Positions 29,082-39,765 of a DNA stretch of 64,000 nucleotides are shown here, one piece after another (positions within the stretch are counted from its first letter, which is position 1; every line of letters begins with the position of its first letter). The notes under the pieces were generated by a model that saw only the letters and a program-made list of their open reading frames with translations, was not told the DNA's origin and did no database searches. Both the position numbers and the translations under genes were made by a program. Source of the stretch: Deltaproteobacteria bacterium (lineage in GTDB: Bacteria > Myxococcota_A > Polyangia > Fen-1088); NCBI GenBank assembly GCA_033763315.1, contig JANRKS010000007.1:288001-352000 (forward strand), read 5' to 3'.

Positions 29082-30212
29082 ATGCACGGTTTGGCGAACA
29101 GGCTTGGTGTTCTGGTGCTCGTGGCCATGGCCTCCGCTGTGGGAACGAGAGACGCGGCGGCGGTGGAACCGCGTTTGCTGTATCTAAATGTCTCCGATGG
29201 CGATTTCGCGATCTTTGGTGGCCCGGCCGACGACGCGACAGAAAATACCTCCGCGGTGGCCACTGTGGCGCCCTTCCCCGCGTTTACGTGGCCCGCGAGC
29301 GCTGGTGCACCCACCGTTTCACGCGAAGACGCCCGGGCTTATCTGCTCTTTGCTCTTCACAAGGCATTCCTCCCCTACAACGCGGTTTGGACGGACGTGC
29401 GGCCGGTTGCCGGACCGTACACGATGGTGGTTGTTGGCGGGTCGCCTGAGCTGCTCGGCTTCGATCGGCGGGTGGCTGGTGTGGCGCTTTTGGATTGCGA
29501 CGATGTTCAGCCCAGCAACATGGTCTTTGCTTTTCCTGCGGCCGTGCCTGGAGATCTGCACGGTCTGTTCATAACCGCCGCGCAAGAAACCGCGCACGCG
29601 TTCGGCCTGGAGCACACAGAAGATGAAGAGGACATCATGCACGCCAAGCTTGGCCCCGCGCAGTGGACCTTCACCAACCGTGTGAACCTTGTAACCCCAC
29701 CACGTCTTTGCGGCCGTATGGCTCAAAACTCGCACGCGGCCCTGTTGGCGGTCTTGGGCGCCTGGCCGGCGGGGCAGCCCAAGCCGCTGGCGGACGGCAC
29801 GATTCCCGACATTGACCCGCCCGTGATCACAATCAACGCTCCCTCCCCGGCGTCGTTTACGGGCGAAGGCGTGGCGGTGACATTCTCAGCGGAAGACCCT
29901 TCGGGCCTATCCGAAGTTGGTCTGCAAAGCGCGGTGGCCAGCCGGACTTGGAACAAACCCACAAACGGCGTTCCGTTAACGGCACAGCTGGCACTGCCCC
30001 CTCGTGCTGCCGAGATCACCGTGTGGGCCCGGGACATATTTGGAAACCAGATTGCAAAGTCGTTGGTTTTTGACGTGCCCTCGAGCACTGAGCCCGGCGG
30101 ATGCAACGTTGCCGCGCCGCTCCATCGCGCGCGACGGCGCCCCGACGCCCTCGTGACCACACTATTTGTTCTGTTCTTGACCCTGAGGGCTTGCCGTCTT
30201 GCCCGACGGTGA
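29082..30212 (+). CDS. secreted metzincin-like protein with Ig-like domain and MYXO-CTERM-like anchor
   Basis: Signal peptide, [11 protein letters not shown]...[15 protein letters not shown] (Ig-like), C-terminal GGC..TM..RR. Confidence 0.7.
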   Translation: MHGLANRLGVLVLVAMASAVGTRDAAAVEPRLLYLNVSDGDFAIFGGPADDATENTSAVATVAPFPAFTWPASAGAPTVSREDARAYLLFALHKAFLPYNAVWTDVRPVAGPYTMVVVGGSPELLGFDRRVAGVALLDCDDVQPSNMVFAFPAAVPGDLHGLFITAAQETAHAFGLEHTEDEEDIMHAKLGPAQWTFTNRVNLVTPPRLCGRMAQNSHAALLAVLGAWPAGQPKPLADGTIPDIDPPVITINAPSPASFTGEGVAVTFSAEDPSGLSEVGLQSAVASRTWNKPTNGVPLTAQLALPPRAAEITVWARDIFGNQIAKSLVFDVPSSTEPGGCNVAAPLHRARRRPDALVTTLFVLFLTLRACRLARR

Positions 30213-30244
30213 CTATAACCGGTGGCCCTTTAGAAAGGCCCACC

Positions 30245-30487
30245 ATGCCAAAACTCGGCCTGCATCCACTTTATAAGCCAGCCACCATCTCTTGCGCCTG
30301 CGGTAACACCGTGGAGACCTACTCCACGCGCGGTTCCTTCATGGTCGACATCTGTTCAAACTGCCATCCGTTCTACACGGGCAAGCAGAAGTTCATCGAC
30401 ACCGGCGGACGCATCGATCGCTTCAAGAAGCGCTACGCCGCGAAGCCCGCTGCGGACGCCGACAAGGGCTCCGAGTCTTCGTCGTAA
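30245..30487 (+). CDS. rpmE: 50S ribosomal protein L31 (zinc-binding type)
   Basis: [35 protein letters not shown]. Confidence 0.96.
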   Translation: MPKLGLHPLYKPATISCACGNTVETYSTRGSFMVDICSNCHPFYTGKQKFIDTGGRIDRFKKRYAAKPAADADKGSESSS

Positions 30488-30496
30488 TTGGATTTG

Positions 30497-30533
30497 GGCG
30501 GACTCCTGAACGCTTTGTGCGTTCAGGGACGCC
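30497..30533 (+). terminator. hairpin between rpmE and prfA
   Basis: TCCTGAACGC-TTTGT-GCGTTCAGGG; no U tract. Confidence 0.4.
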
Positions 30534-30583
30534 TGGTTCCACCGCGCAAGGGCCAAAGCCCTTGCCGCGAACGGTAGTGCTGC

Positions 30584-31657
30584 ATGCTTGATCCACGGCT
30601 CCTCGGAAAGTTGAAAGAAGTTGAGGCTCGTTACGAAGACCTCGGACGCCAGCTTTCCGATCCCGAGGTTATCGCGAAGCCCGGTCAGCTGAACAAGCTG
30701 GCCAAGGAAGCCAGCGACATGCGCGAACTGGTTGAGCACGTCCGGACCTACCGCAGTTTGGATGAACGGCTCGCGGGCGCGCAAGAGCTCAAGAAAGATC
30801 CCGAAATGCGGGAGCTGGCCGAGCTCGAAGAGCAAGAGGTGCTGGCCACGCGCGACGAGCTTGAACGCCGCATGACCGTCTTGTTGTTGCCGAAAGATCC
30901 GGCCGACGAGAAGAACGTTTTGCTCGAGATCCGCGCTGGCACGGGTGGCGAGGAGGCCGCCTTGTTCGCCGCCGATCTGTTCCGCATGTACATGCGCTTT
31001 GCCGAGCGGCGTGGATGGAAGATCGACATCGTGTCTGAATCACACGCTTCGGCAGGCGGGCTTAAAGAGATCATCGCGCACATCTCCGCCCAAGGTGCCT
31101 TTTCGTTCTTGAAGTTTGAGTCTGGTGTGCACCGCGTGCAGCGCGTGCCTGCCACCGAAGCCCAAGGGCGCATCCACACCTCCACTGCCACTGTGGCGGT
31201 GCTGCCCGAAGTGGAAGAGGTGGACATTCAGATCGATGCAAAAGATTTGAAGATCGACGTGATGCGCTCGGGTGGTCCGGGCGGGCAATCCGTGAACACA
31301 ACGGACTCGGCGGTGCGTTTGCACCACTTGCCAAGCGGGCTCATCGTTCACTGCCAGCAGGAAAAGAGCCAGCACAAGAACCGTGCAACAGCGATGAAGA
31401 TTCTTCGCGCGAAGCTTTTCGAGATCGAGCAAGAGAAGAAGCAAACCGCCGAGCGCGACGCACGCCGTGGGCAAATTGGCTCGGGCGAACGCTCTGAAAA
31501 GATCCGCACTTACAACTTCCCTCAAGACCGCGTCACCGATCACCGCATTGGTCTCACCAAGCACAACCTGCCTGGCATCATGGACGGCGACATCGGCGAT
31601 ATCATCGAGAGCCTGCGTTCACACGCGCAGGCAGAGACGCTGCAAAACCAGCAATAG
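30584..31657 (+). CDS. prfA: peptide chain release factor 1
   Basis: [22 protein letters not shown] (PxT), [18 protein letters not shown]. Confidence 0.97.
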   Translation: MLDPRLLGKLKEVEARYEDLGRQLSDPEVIAKPGQLNKLAKEASDMRELVEHVRTYRSLDERLAGAQELKKDPEMRELAELEEQEVLATRDELERRMTVLLLPKDPADEKNVLLEIRAGTGGEEAALFAADLFRMYMRFAERRGWKIDIVSESHASAGGLKEIIAHISAQGAFSFLKFESGVHRVQRVPATEAQGRIHTSTATVAVLPEVEEVDIQIDAKDLKIDVMRSGGPGGQSVNTTDSAVRLHHLPSGLIVHCQQEKSQHKNRATAMKILRAKLFEIEQEKKQTAERDARRGQIGSGERSEKIRTYNFPQDRVTDHRIGLTKHNLPGIMDGDIGDIIESLRSHAQAETLQNQQ

Positions 31658-31661
31658 GCGG

Positions 31662-34199
31662 CTAGGGCTTCACCGCGCCGTTCGCGATGAAAAGCTCAAC
31701 GGTGGCAGTGGCGCCTTTGGCGAGATGCACGTTGGGCGCCTTCGGCGAAACCAGCGTCACTTGTGGATCGAGGTTCAACGCCACGTCGGCCGGCGTCTTC
31801 CCTGCACGCAAACGCACGCTGCGCGCAAAGCCATCGCGCGCGGGACGGATGTAATCCTCGATCGCCACGCCCCCCAAGTCATATTGCAGGTGAGCGCCGT
31901 CGGTCGCCAAACGATAGCCTTTGAATAGAGGCTTCGCGCTGCCGTCGCCAATGCGAAAAAGCGGGGTTTTCCCCGCACGAAACGCAACGCTTCCGATGGG
32001 CGTTGCCATGTCGCCGCCATGGCCAACCCACACAGGCCGCATGTCCAAAAATCCACCCGTCCACGTGTACATCAGCTTGCACACCTCGGCATCGAACGCG
32101 TAGGCGCCATTCTTGAAGCCCACCGCCAACGTGCGCGGACCAGAGCCTTCCAAGAACGTGCGAACCACCACCGGCTTGTCGTGCAAGGGATAAGGCATGG
32201 TTGCCGCAGAAAGATCAACGCCGTCGGGGGCCGGCATCTTCTTTCCCAAAGTCAGCGCCGTCCAAATGGCGTTGATGCGCGCGCTGGCGAAGCTTTCATC
32301 CACGCCACTGAAGAACGCCGGCATCTGCGTACCCGGCGCCAAGCGCAGGGGATCGGAAAGCCATCGTTTGAACCACGTGGGTCGCAAGCGTTCGGCAGCC
32401 GTGGAAAGATCGGGGGCCGGCGTGGCTGATTTTGGATCGAAGGTGGCATAGCGATGACACGTCACGCACGACATGCCGCCCTCGCCCTTGCCTAGGTATT
32501 GCACACCCTCTTGCACCGCGCGTGATCCGGGTTCGGCGAGCGGTATCACCTTCGGCAGCGTTGTGGGCTCACCAGCCGCAGCGGCGAACAGCGCGCCCAA
32601 CGCGTCGGCCCTGTGAAAGCGAGGCATGCGCACCCCGTACCAAGGGCGAAGGCGCGAGGCGCCCGACAGTTGCCGAGCGATCCAGTCGGGCCGAAGCTTG
32701 TTTCCCACGTCGCGCAGGGATGGCGGAATTTCAGGCAACGTAGAGTGCGCAGGCACATCTGTCTCGTGGCAGTTGCGACACCCGCGTGAATCAAGCGTGC
32801 GTGCGAGCTCCCAAAGCGGTGAAGGTGCCACTTCCTTTTCTTGCAGGTACGCCACCAGCGCTTCCCACTGACGATCGCTCAACTCATAGTCCGCGTAACG
32901 ATGCTGGGCGCTTTGCGAAAGGCAGCCCTTGCGTTGCGCCGGCAAGCGCTCGAAAGGGGACGCTTGCAGCGCGGTGAACACCTGCAGGCCAGCGAGGTCA
33001 ATGCTGTGGCACCCAAGGCATCCCCGCGTCTCAACCAGGGAACGCCCGCGGGCCACGTCACCACCGCTGGGTGGTGGCACCTCAAGCGCGGGTTTGCGGT
33101 TGGTCAGCAACCATCGCGCCAGCAGCTTGCCTTCATCCCCTCGCAACATGCCTGGCATACGCCCGGAGTGATCGAAGTTGTCCGGCCTCATCATGTATTC
33201 AATGAGCGCGTACGGCTCGTATTTGGAGCCCACCGCCGCCAATGAAACTTTGTTGGCTTCGTTGCCGTGACAGGCGGAGCAACCAATGGAATTGTACAGC
33301 GTCTCAGCTGCGAGTTTTTCTTCTGGCAAAAGCGGCGGCTCGGCCCACGGCGGGTGATCGCCCGATGTGTTCGCGCCCACTTCCTGCAGCGAATTGAGAA
33401 AGGCGGCCACATCGGCCACTTCGGTTTTTGTGTGCAACACCTTCGGCATTTTCGTGTTGGCGCGGTGGCTGCGAGGATCTTGCAAGAATGCATAAACCCA
33501 GGCGGGAGACAAGCGGCGGCCCACGCGGCTTAGGCCCGGTCCACGTCCACGCCTCGTGATGTGATAAAAATTATCCACGTGCGGATCATCGCCTGCACGC
33601 TGATGGCAACCGCGGCAACCAAGCTCATCGTAAAGCGCGCGGCCTTCATCCACCGTTTGCCAACGCTCGCCTTCAGATGACCAATCATGCGGCGTGAAAA
33701 CCGATGCGGGCATAGGCTCGGACACGAAGGCCTCTCCAGACCAACGCAGCTGCAATCGAACGGGGCCCGGCTTTCGTTTGTATGACAGCGAAAACGGGTG
33801 AGGCCCCTGCGACAAAGTTGTGACCTGCCCCCAAACCATAGGCTTGCCGTCAATCTTCGCCTCGGCGATCACATCGGCCGGTTCAACAGAGAAGTTGTAT
33901 GCCCCAGCCTCAGGGACGTTTAGTTGCGCCGTCCAAACCGCCGTGAAGTCTGGAGCCACACCGGGATGCAGCGATTCACCTGCGCCTAACGTGAAGTGCG
34001 GTGTCGCTGTTGTTGTTTGAACGTGGTGCTTGTCATCTGACAACTGCAGCACGAGCCCCATCGTGCGGGGCGCCTGCGACCGAGCAGCCACCGGTAGGGC
34101 GAGCGGCGCGTTCGCAACCTGCGATGGCGTGCGCACGGCTGCGGGGTTACATGCACACAAAGCAAACAAGCCGGCAAGCCAGCCGCGCGATAAGCTCAT
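31662..34199 (-). CDS. PA14-domain five-heme cytochrome c lipoprotein
   Basis: Lipobox LCAC; PA14-like segment FTAVWTAQLNVPEAGAYNF..LRWS; CxxCH x5 (CRGCH, CSACH, CLGCH, CRNCH, CVTCH), most followed by P.L...MP. Confidence 0.85.
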   Translation of the reverse strand: MSLSRGWLAGLFALCACNPAAVRTPSQVANAPLALPVAARSQAPRTMGLVLQLSDDKHHVQTTTATPHFTLGAGESLHPGVAPDFTAVWTAQLNVPEAGAYNFSVEPADVIAEAKIDGKPMVWGQVTTLSQGPHPFSLSYKRKPGPVRLQLRWSGEAFVSEPMPASVFTPHDWSSEGERWQTVDEGRALYDELGCRGCHQRAGDDPHVDNFYHITRRGRGPGLSRVGRRLSPAWVYAFLQDPRSHRANTKMPKVLHTKTEVADVAAFLNSLQEVGANTSGDHPPWAEPPLLPEEKLAAETLYNSIGCSACHGNEANKVSLAAVGSKYEPYALIEYMMRPDNFDHSGRMPGMLRGDEGKLLARWLLTNRKPALEVPPPSGGDVARGRSLVETRGCLGCHSIDLAGLQVFTALQASPFERLPAQRKGCLSQSAQHRYADYELSDRQWEALVAYLQEKEVAPSPLWELARTLDSRGCRNCHETDVPAHSTLPEIPPSLRDVGNKLRPDWIARQLSGASRLRPWYGVRMPRFHRADALGALFAAAAGEPTTLPKVIPLAEPGSRAVQEGVQYLGKGEGGMSCVTCHRYATFDPKSATPAPDLSTAAERLRPTWFKRWLSDPLRLAPGTQMPAFFSGVDESFASARINAIWTALTLGKKMPAPDGVDLSAATMPYPLHDKPVVVRTFLEGSGPRTLAVGFKNGAYAFDAEVCKLMYTWTGGFLDMRPVWVGHGGDMATPIGSVAFRAGKTPLFRIGDGSAKPLFKGYRLATDGAHLQYDLGGVAIEDYIRPARDGFARSVRLRAGKTPADVALNLDPQVTLVSPKAPNVHLAKGATATVELFIANGAVKP

Positions 34200-35725
34200 G
34201 GCGCGGCTCCCGTAACCGCGACCCGCGGCACTTGTGTGAGCGTGTAATAGGCTTCGTCGTGCAACAAGGCCGCGCCACCCTCATTCGTGATGCCGCGCAG
34301 TTTGAAAGTGTAAACGCGAGACGCGTCCATCGTAGGCAAGCGGAGGCGTATTGCTTTGCCACCGTCCTCCCAGGTTGCCGACGTGGGCACAACGTTCGTG
34401 ACATCCACGTGCGGCGAACCATAGTTGCGCCAATAGCGATAAGTATGGTGGGTGATGGTCACAACGTTTTTCGGATCTGCCGCGCGCGCGGCCTCCGTGA
34501 ATCTGATGAGAAAGCCATCCGGTTGTGCGTCGATGGCCAACATCTCGAAGGGTATCTTGCCGGTGAACCGCACCGTTTCAAGTGCGTAAGGTTTGCCACC
34601 AATGGCCCCCCAACCACGATCGGTGCCGCCGACGTAAAGCGCGTTGTCAGGCCCCATCGCCATGCGCGTGATGCCCGAGCTAAGACCGCTGCGGAAGGCG
34701 AACGCAGCGCCTTGGTATTCACCGTTCACTTTCTCAAGCGCGATTCGCATGATGGCGCTATTGGTTTGATCACCCACGAACATTTGGCCCGCGAAGGGAC
34801 CGAACTTGCCGTGGGTTGTGTCCCAAACAGGCTCGGTCGGCGAGTGGCCAAGCGTGCCGTACACAAACCACAAAGCAGGCAAGGTTCGACGCTGCTCAAG
34901 GGTTGCGGGCGGCAGCTCATAACTATCCTTGGGGCCAGCGTAACCCGCCTCCCAGCGCAGACCCGCGGGGTTGCCGTAAAAGTGCCCCGGCCGCACGTGC
35001 AGCAAGGGTGATGTGGGCCACCAATCGCCTTGGTTGTCTGTTGCAAACAGATCGCCGTCGGGACTCAGACCAACGCCCGCGGGCGATCGAAAGCCCGATG
35101 CCAAAGGCACAAACTTGCCTTCGGGTGTCACCTTATAAGCCCAGCCTCGGTAAGGCACGGAGCTATCAGCGTGTTGGGTCCAGCCCACGTTCAGCGTGCC
35201 ATAAAGGTTGCCCGCCTTATCCATCACGGGGCCATAGTGGTATTCGTGAAAGTTTCCTGACACGCCGAAGGCCGCGGTCACCGTTGTGAATTCATCCGCG
35301 ATGCCGTCGTTGTTGGTGTCTTTAAGCCGCGTCAGTTCAGGACGTTGGGCCACGATCGCTTCGCGCGTTGACACCACGTGAATGCCAAGCGGCTCATGCA
35401 GCCCCTCGGCAAACAACGACCACGCAAACTCGGGCTTCGCAGCACCTGTGGTACGCGGGTTTCGTGTGATCACCCGCCTGCGCACCCAGACCTCGCCTCG
35501 GCGGGTGCACACGAACAGACTTCCGTCGGGCGCAAACCCAAGCCCTCCCACCTCCAGTTGCGCGTTGGCGGGACCTGGCACGCTCGCGATGGCGTAGGAA
35601 TCGCTTTCCTTCGGCGCTTGTTCCTGCGCAAAAGCAAAAGGCGCGGCCAACGCCACGCCTAAGACCGAGAGACCCAAAGAGCATCGCACCCGCGCAGCGT
35701 ATCTTGGCGCCGATCGAGCGGCCAT
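34196..35725 (-). CDS. secreted beta-propeller, glucose/sorbosone-dehydrogenase-like
   Basis: Signal peptide ending AFAQ; LEVGG, FAEGLHEPLG, D.N.DG.AD, HEYHYGP, GFRSPAG, TDNQGDW, GPFAGQMFVGD. Stop overlaps the cytochrome start (ATGA). Start uncertain. Confidence 0.75.
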   Translation of the reverse strand: MAARSAPRYAARVRCSLGLSVLGVALAAPFAFAQEQAPKESDSYAIASVPGPANAQLEVGGLGFAPDGSLFVCTRRGEVWVRRRVITRNPRTTGAAKPEFAWSLFAEGLHEPLGIHVVSTREAIVAQRPELTRLKDTNNDGIADEFTTVTAAFGVSGNFHEYHYGPVMDKAGNLYGTLNVGWTQHADSSVPYRGWAYKVTPEGKFVPLASGFRSPAGVGLSPDGDLFATDNQGDWWPTSPLLHVRPGHFYGNPAGLRWEAGYAGPKDSYELPPATLEQRRTLPALWFVYGTLGHSPTEPVWDTTHGKFGPFAGQMFVGDQTNSAIMRIALEKVNGEYQGAAFAFRSGLSSGITRMAMGPDNALYVGGTDRGWGAIGGKPYALETVRFTGKIPFEMLAIDAQPDGFLIRFTEAARAADPKNVVTITHHTYRYWRNYGSPHVDVTNVVPTSATWEDGGKAIRLRLPTMDASRVYTFKLRGITNEGGAALLHDEAYYTLTQVPRVAVTGAAP

Positions 35726-35805
35726 ATGACAGATGCCCGAGGAGCGCGCTTTCGCAGCCTCACGCATGACCGGCGCCACACGCGCGCCGGTGCGTGACAC
35801 ATTCT

Positions 35806-36930
35806 TTACTTGGGCACCGAAACCCAATTCTTCGATTCGGCCGCGGCTTCGATCGTTTCGAGGACAATCTGGTTGCGCAAACCGTCCTCGAAGTCTGGTT
35901 TTGGGCTTTTGTTTTCGGCTATGCCTTTGATCAAATCGGCGAATGTGTGCGTGAACGTGTGTTCGTAACCAATGATGTGCCCCGCGGGCCACCAGCGACC
36001 TGCGAAAGGATGCTTTTGATCCGTGACCATCACGGTGCGGAATCCGCTGTTAGGGCCTTCTTCTAAGTAAAGCTCAAGCTCGTTCATGCGTTCCATATCA
36101 AACGCAACGCTGCCCTTACTTCCGTTGATTTCGAAGCGGTTGTAGTTTTTGCGCCCCGTGGCGAAACGGCTACCCTCAAGCGAGCCGATGGCACCATTGG
36201 CAAAACGCACCAGCGAAAGCGCCGCATCATCAACGGTCACCGGCGCCATCTCGGTTGTGCCGGGCAGCGGCCGCTCCTTGATGAATGTTTTCATTAGGCT
36301 CGACACCTCGGTGATCTCGCCAACCAAGAAACGCGAAAGGTCCAGAGTGTGCGAAAGAATGTCACCGAGCGCGCCCGAGCCTGCCTGCTTTTTGTCCATG
36401 CGCCACAAGCGGGGCATCTGCGGATCCACCAACCAATCTTGCAGATAGGTGCCGCGGTAATGAAAGATCGAGCCCAATTGGCCTGATTCGATCAGTTGCT
36501 TGGCCAGCGTCACCGCTGGGGCGCGACGATAGTTGTGGCACACCATATTGATCACGCCCGCCGCCTTGACGGCATCCACCATTTGGCGTGCCTCAGCCAC
36601 TGTGTTGGCCAAGGGCTTTTCACACAAGACCACCTTGCCCGCCTTCGCGGCTGCAATCGCGATCTCGGCGTGGCTGTCTCCAGGCGTGCTGACGTCGATG
36701 ATGTCGATGTCCTTGCGGGCCACGACTTCGCGCCAGTCGGTGGCGTATTCTTGCCAACCCAACGTCTCTGCCGCCGCCTTTACGCTGGATTCTGTGCGTC
36801 CGCAAACAACTTTGAGCACAGGCTCAAACGCGGGATCCATAAAGTGCGACACCTGTCGCCAAGCGTTGCTGTGGGCGCGCCCCATGAACGCGTACCCGAT
36901 CATCGCCACATTGAGCTTCTTCTTCGACAT
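35806..36930 (-). CDS. Gfo/Idh/MocA NAD-dependent oxidoreductase (levoglucosan-dehydrogenase-like)
   Basis: [46 protein letters not shown]. Confidence 0.9.
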   Translation of the reverse strand: MSKKKLNVAMIGYAFMGRAHSNAWRQVSHFMDPAFEPVLKVVCGRTESSVKAAAETLGWQEYATDWREVVARKDIDIIDVSTPGDSHAEIAIAAAKAGKVVLCEKPLANTVAEARQMVDAVKAAGVINMVCHNYRRAPAVTLAKQLIESGQLGSIFHYRGTYLQDWLVDPQMPRLWRMDKKQAGSGALGDILSHTLDLSRFLVGEITEVSSLMKTFIKERPLPGTTEMAPVTVDDAALSLVRFANGAIGSLEGSRFATGRKNYNRFEINGSKGSVAFDMERMNELELYLEEGPNSGFRTVMVTDQKHPFAGRWWPAGHIIGYEHTFTHTFADLIKGIAENKSPKPDFEDGLRNQIVLETIEAAAESKNWVSVPK

Positions 36931-36963
36931 AAAGCAATCTCCGAGGTGTTCTTAACGAGAGGC

Positions 36964-38202
36964 TTAGCTGCGGAAGGGCTGACGGCCCACGCCCTGCACG
37001 GGAATGCCTTGGCCGGCGAGCACTTCGTGCAAAGCAAACATGCACGCCGCCGCTTCATCGATCTTGCGCGTAAAAGCGATCGATCCCTTCAAGATGGGCG
37101 CAAGCTTGGCTTTGTCTTGAATGCGCGCTTTGGGATACTCGTGTTCGACGACGAGGTGCGTGTTGGCCACGTCTAGTTGCAAGAGTTCGCGTGCAGCCAA
37201 CTGGTGGTCCAACCAATCCACAGTGCGGTTCTGCAGATAAGCCAACGGATCGTGTTTGGCTGTGCCGGGCAGTTCGTGCTCGCACAGCACCACTTGTTTC
37301 TTCCACGCGTTCAATTGATCCACCGGATTCGCCGAGGGCTGGCCGTTGATCCAATCGCCACGCTCCACGGTTTGGCCGCCGTATCCCCAGGTGGCCACGC
37401 CCTTCGGATCGATGACTTGGCCCTTGACGTGGAACCCGCCAATCAAAAAGTTGTAACCATTGTCTTTGAGCGTTTGAAAGATCGACCGGGTGTCCTGCCC
37501 CATCAAGATCGCGTGCGAAGGGTCATAGTGAATGCGGAACTGATCGCCCACACCGTGCTTTTCACAGATGCGGTGAAGCGCCATCCATGTGCCAGGTGTA
37601 TACGCGATGTTGTTGTGGAAGTTATCGCCCGTGGTCCAACCGGGCATCGGGCATTGCTCCACGCGGTAGGTGAGGCCGCGCGCCTTTGCGGCCTTTAGCA
37701 GCGGCACAAATGTTTCTTCGAAGAACAACAAGTTGCCGTCCATGGAAAGCTTTTGGTTGCGGCCCACGAAGCCACAAACGGCGTCCACGCCCAACAACGC
37801 CGCCGCGTCGAACACGCGCAGCATGAAGTCGTGCTTCTTTTTGCGGACGTCGTTGTCGTCGGCCAGCATGTTATCGAAAAAGCCAAGGTCGGAAAAGCCA
37901 ACGCCTGTGCTCTTCACAGCGGCCAGCACGCGGGCGGCACGTGCTTTGTCGAATGGCTTGCGCAGATCCAGAGTGTTGGCCACCGGATCCAGCATCGCCT
38001 CGGGCGGTACATCCGTTTCGGTGGGATGCAACGCCGCCGAAAGCTGCACGTAGTCGCTGCCCACGTCCTTCGCGAAGTCCAGCCAATCCTCAATCGCGCG
38101 ATCTGGATCTTCATCACGCACGTTCCGGGGCGTCAGCTCCTGCAGAGCCGCGGTCAGAACGCCAATCTTCATGAACTTGGGATCAAAAGCCTTTACCGTC
38201 AT
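36964..38202 (-). CDS. xylose-isomerase-like/AP_endonuc_2 TIM-barrel metalloenzyme
   Basis: Candidate metal ligands in [17 protein letters not shown] and VEHE; start could be 38223 or 38202. Confidence 0.8.
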   Translation of the reverse strand: MTVKAFDPKFMKIGVLTAALQELTPRNVRDEDPDRAIEDWLDFAKDVGSDYVQLSAALHPTETDVPPEAMLDPVANTLDLRKPFDKARAARVLAAVKSTGVGFSDLGFFDNMLADDNDVRKKKHDFMLRVFDAAALLGVDAVCGFVGRNQKLSMDGNLLFFEETFVPLLKAAKARGLTYRVEQCPMPGWTTGDNFHNNIAYTPGTWMALHRICEKHGVGDQFRIHYDPSHAILMGQDTRSIFQTLKDNGYNFLIGGFHVKGQVIDPKGVATWGYGGQTVERGDWINGQPSANPVDQLNAWKKQVVLCEHELPGTAKHDPLAYLQNRTVDWLDHQLAARELLQLDVANTHLVVEHEYPKARIQDKAKLAPILKGSIAFTRKIDEAAACMFALHEVLAGQGIPVQGVGRQPFRS

Positions 38203-38297
38203 GGTCCCGCAAATCTCGGCCATGACACGTCCAAGGTCAAGACCAAGGCCCAGGTCCGCGCCTTTGTGGTGCGGGGCCGCACGTTTTGGATGAGCGC

Positions 38298-39137
38298 TTA
38301 GCGCCGGCGTTTGCGCGATTTCGGGGCAGGCTGGGCCTTTAGGGCCTCCACAACCTCACCCTCTTTGGGTACATGCAAATCCACGCGGGCCCGCAGGACG
38401 TGGCCGGCTTCACCACGCAGGCGCCAAGCGCGCATTTGTTCAAGCACACACATCGCGGCCTCGGGCTCAATGGCCGCGCCTGCCAAGAAGCCCACCGACC
38501 CCACCGCGCCGCTCGGTTCGATGTACAAGATGGCTTCCACCTGCTTTTGCGCAACGTCGGGGCAAGGGTGCATGGCCAGCATCAGCGGCAACACATCCGG
38601 AGGCACGCTGTCGGCGGGCCAATCGGCCAGCGCCATCTCGCGGGTCGACCGGAATTGCAAAGGGTATTCAAACTCCGTGGGTTTGCGTCCACGCGGGGCC
38701 GGGAACTTGATCGCGCGGGCTTCAACCACAAGACAGCGCTCGATGGCGAAATTGCCTAACGAATTCTCCACGAAGTGCACGTCAGTGACTTGCCCCTCGC
38801 CTGATATGAGGAACTTGAGCAACACCTGCCCCTCCACATACCTTTGCGCGTCGCCAGCACGTTCATAGCAGCGCGTGAACTTGCGGAAGTTCCGTTCAAG
38901 CACAGTTTCAACGTCTTCTGATTCAAGCACGCCCTGCTCTTGAACCACCGACAAGCTGTCTTTGGAATCGCCTTCGTCGTCGCCACCGATGCGGCGAGAT
39001 CCTGGCCGAAAGCCGCTGCTGCCGCTTGAGGGCGTGACGCTTTCGTCGTCCTTTTTTACCTTAGACGAAGAAGCGCAGCCTCCGAGCCACGCCACACCTA
39101 GAACTGCACACGCGACAACGAACTGCTTGGATGCCAT
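38298..39137 (-). CDS. AgmX/PglI C-terminal (TonB_C-like) lipoprotein, two domains
   Basis: Lipobox LGGC; CYE......G.V...F.I...G.V..V....CL......FP.P; a second degenerate copy follows. Confidence 0.7.
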   Translation of the reverse strand: MASKQFVVACAVLGVAWLGGCASSSKVKKDDESVTPSSGSSGFRPGSRRIGGDDEGDSKDSLSVVQEQGVLESEDVETVLERNFRKFTRCYERAGDAQRYVEGQVLLKFLISGEGQVTDVHFVENSLGNFAIERCLVVEARAIKFPAPRGRKPTEFEYPLQFRSTREMALADWPADSVPPDVLPLMLAMHPCPDVAQKQVEAILYIEPSGAVGSVGFLAGAAIEPEAAMCVLEQMRAWRLRGEAGHVLRARVDLHVPKEGEVVEALKAQPAPKSRKRRR

Positions 39138-39260
39138 GCGAGGCCTGGCAGCATAACCAAAGCGGAACGTTTTAAGCAATCTGCAAATCAGACTCGAACC
39201 ATCTGCCGGCGCGATCGGTACAGCGCTGTAGGCAACTGTGCAGAACGCACAGGAGACCGG

Positions 39261-39704
39261 CTAATAGGCCGGCCTGAATAGATACTCGTATTGCATTTCG
39301 CCGCCTTGATCCACGGCCGGGAACTCGAACTCGCCGATGCGTTCGATCAGACACTGCTCCACCTCAGGGCTCTTGAGGGTGGTTTTGCTCACGCGCACCT
39401 GCGGCTTGGCGCCACCGGGGGCGAGGCGAATGATCACGGCAACCGTGCCTTGAAAGCCGCGATCGTTCTTCTCGTTAAGCACATCTTGGTAGCACTTACG
39501 CGCGGTGGGTTCGCGTTGCTGCAGCATCATCATGATGTCGCTTTGCTTATCGATCGGTATGCCCTCTTGGGCCACGCGCCCCGGTTCGTTCTTGACGATC
39601 GTGTAGCGTGGTTCGCTTGGACCCGCGCTGTCGGAGGTGGCGCACGCGCCTAAAGCCAAAGCCGCAAAACAACCTAACGCGCGCCAAAAGTGTGTAAGCA
39701 TCAA
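39261..39704 (-). CDS. AgmX/PglI C-terminal (TonB_C-like) lipoprotein
   Basis: Lipobox LGAC; CYQ..L.....G.V....VEQCL...I....FP......Y.F.P. Confidence 0.7.
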   Translation of the reverse strand: MMLTHFWRALGCFAALALGACATSDSAGPSEPRYTIVKNEPGRVAQEGIPIDKQSDIMMMLQQREPTARKCYQDVLNEKNDRGFQGTVAVIIRLAPGGAKPQVRVSKTTLKSPEVEQCLIERIGEFEFPAVDQGGEMQYEYLFRPAY

Positions 39705-39765
39705 AGCGTTACCTCCCGCGAAGTCTTATCGCCCTTTGTGGAAGGACACAAGCGCGCGCTGCAAT

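Noticed and set aside
35726-35992. Track N-terminal extension of the beta-propeller ORF (also extensions at 5312, 11670, 18939, 30101, 42285, 54324, 54539)
   Set aside because: They overlap neighbouring genes or precede the signal peptide or conserved domain start, so downstream starts were used.
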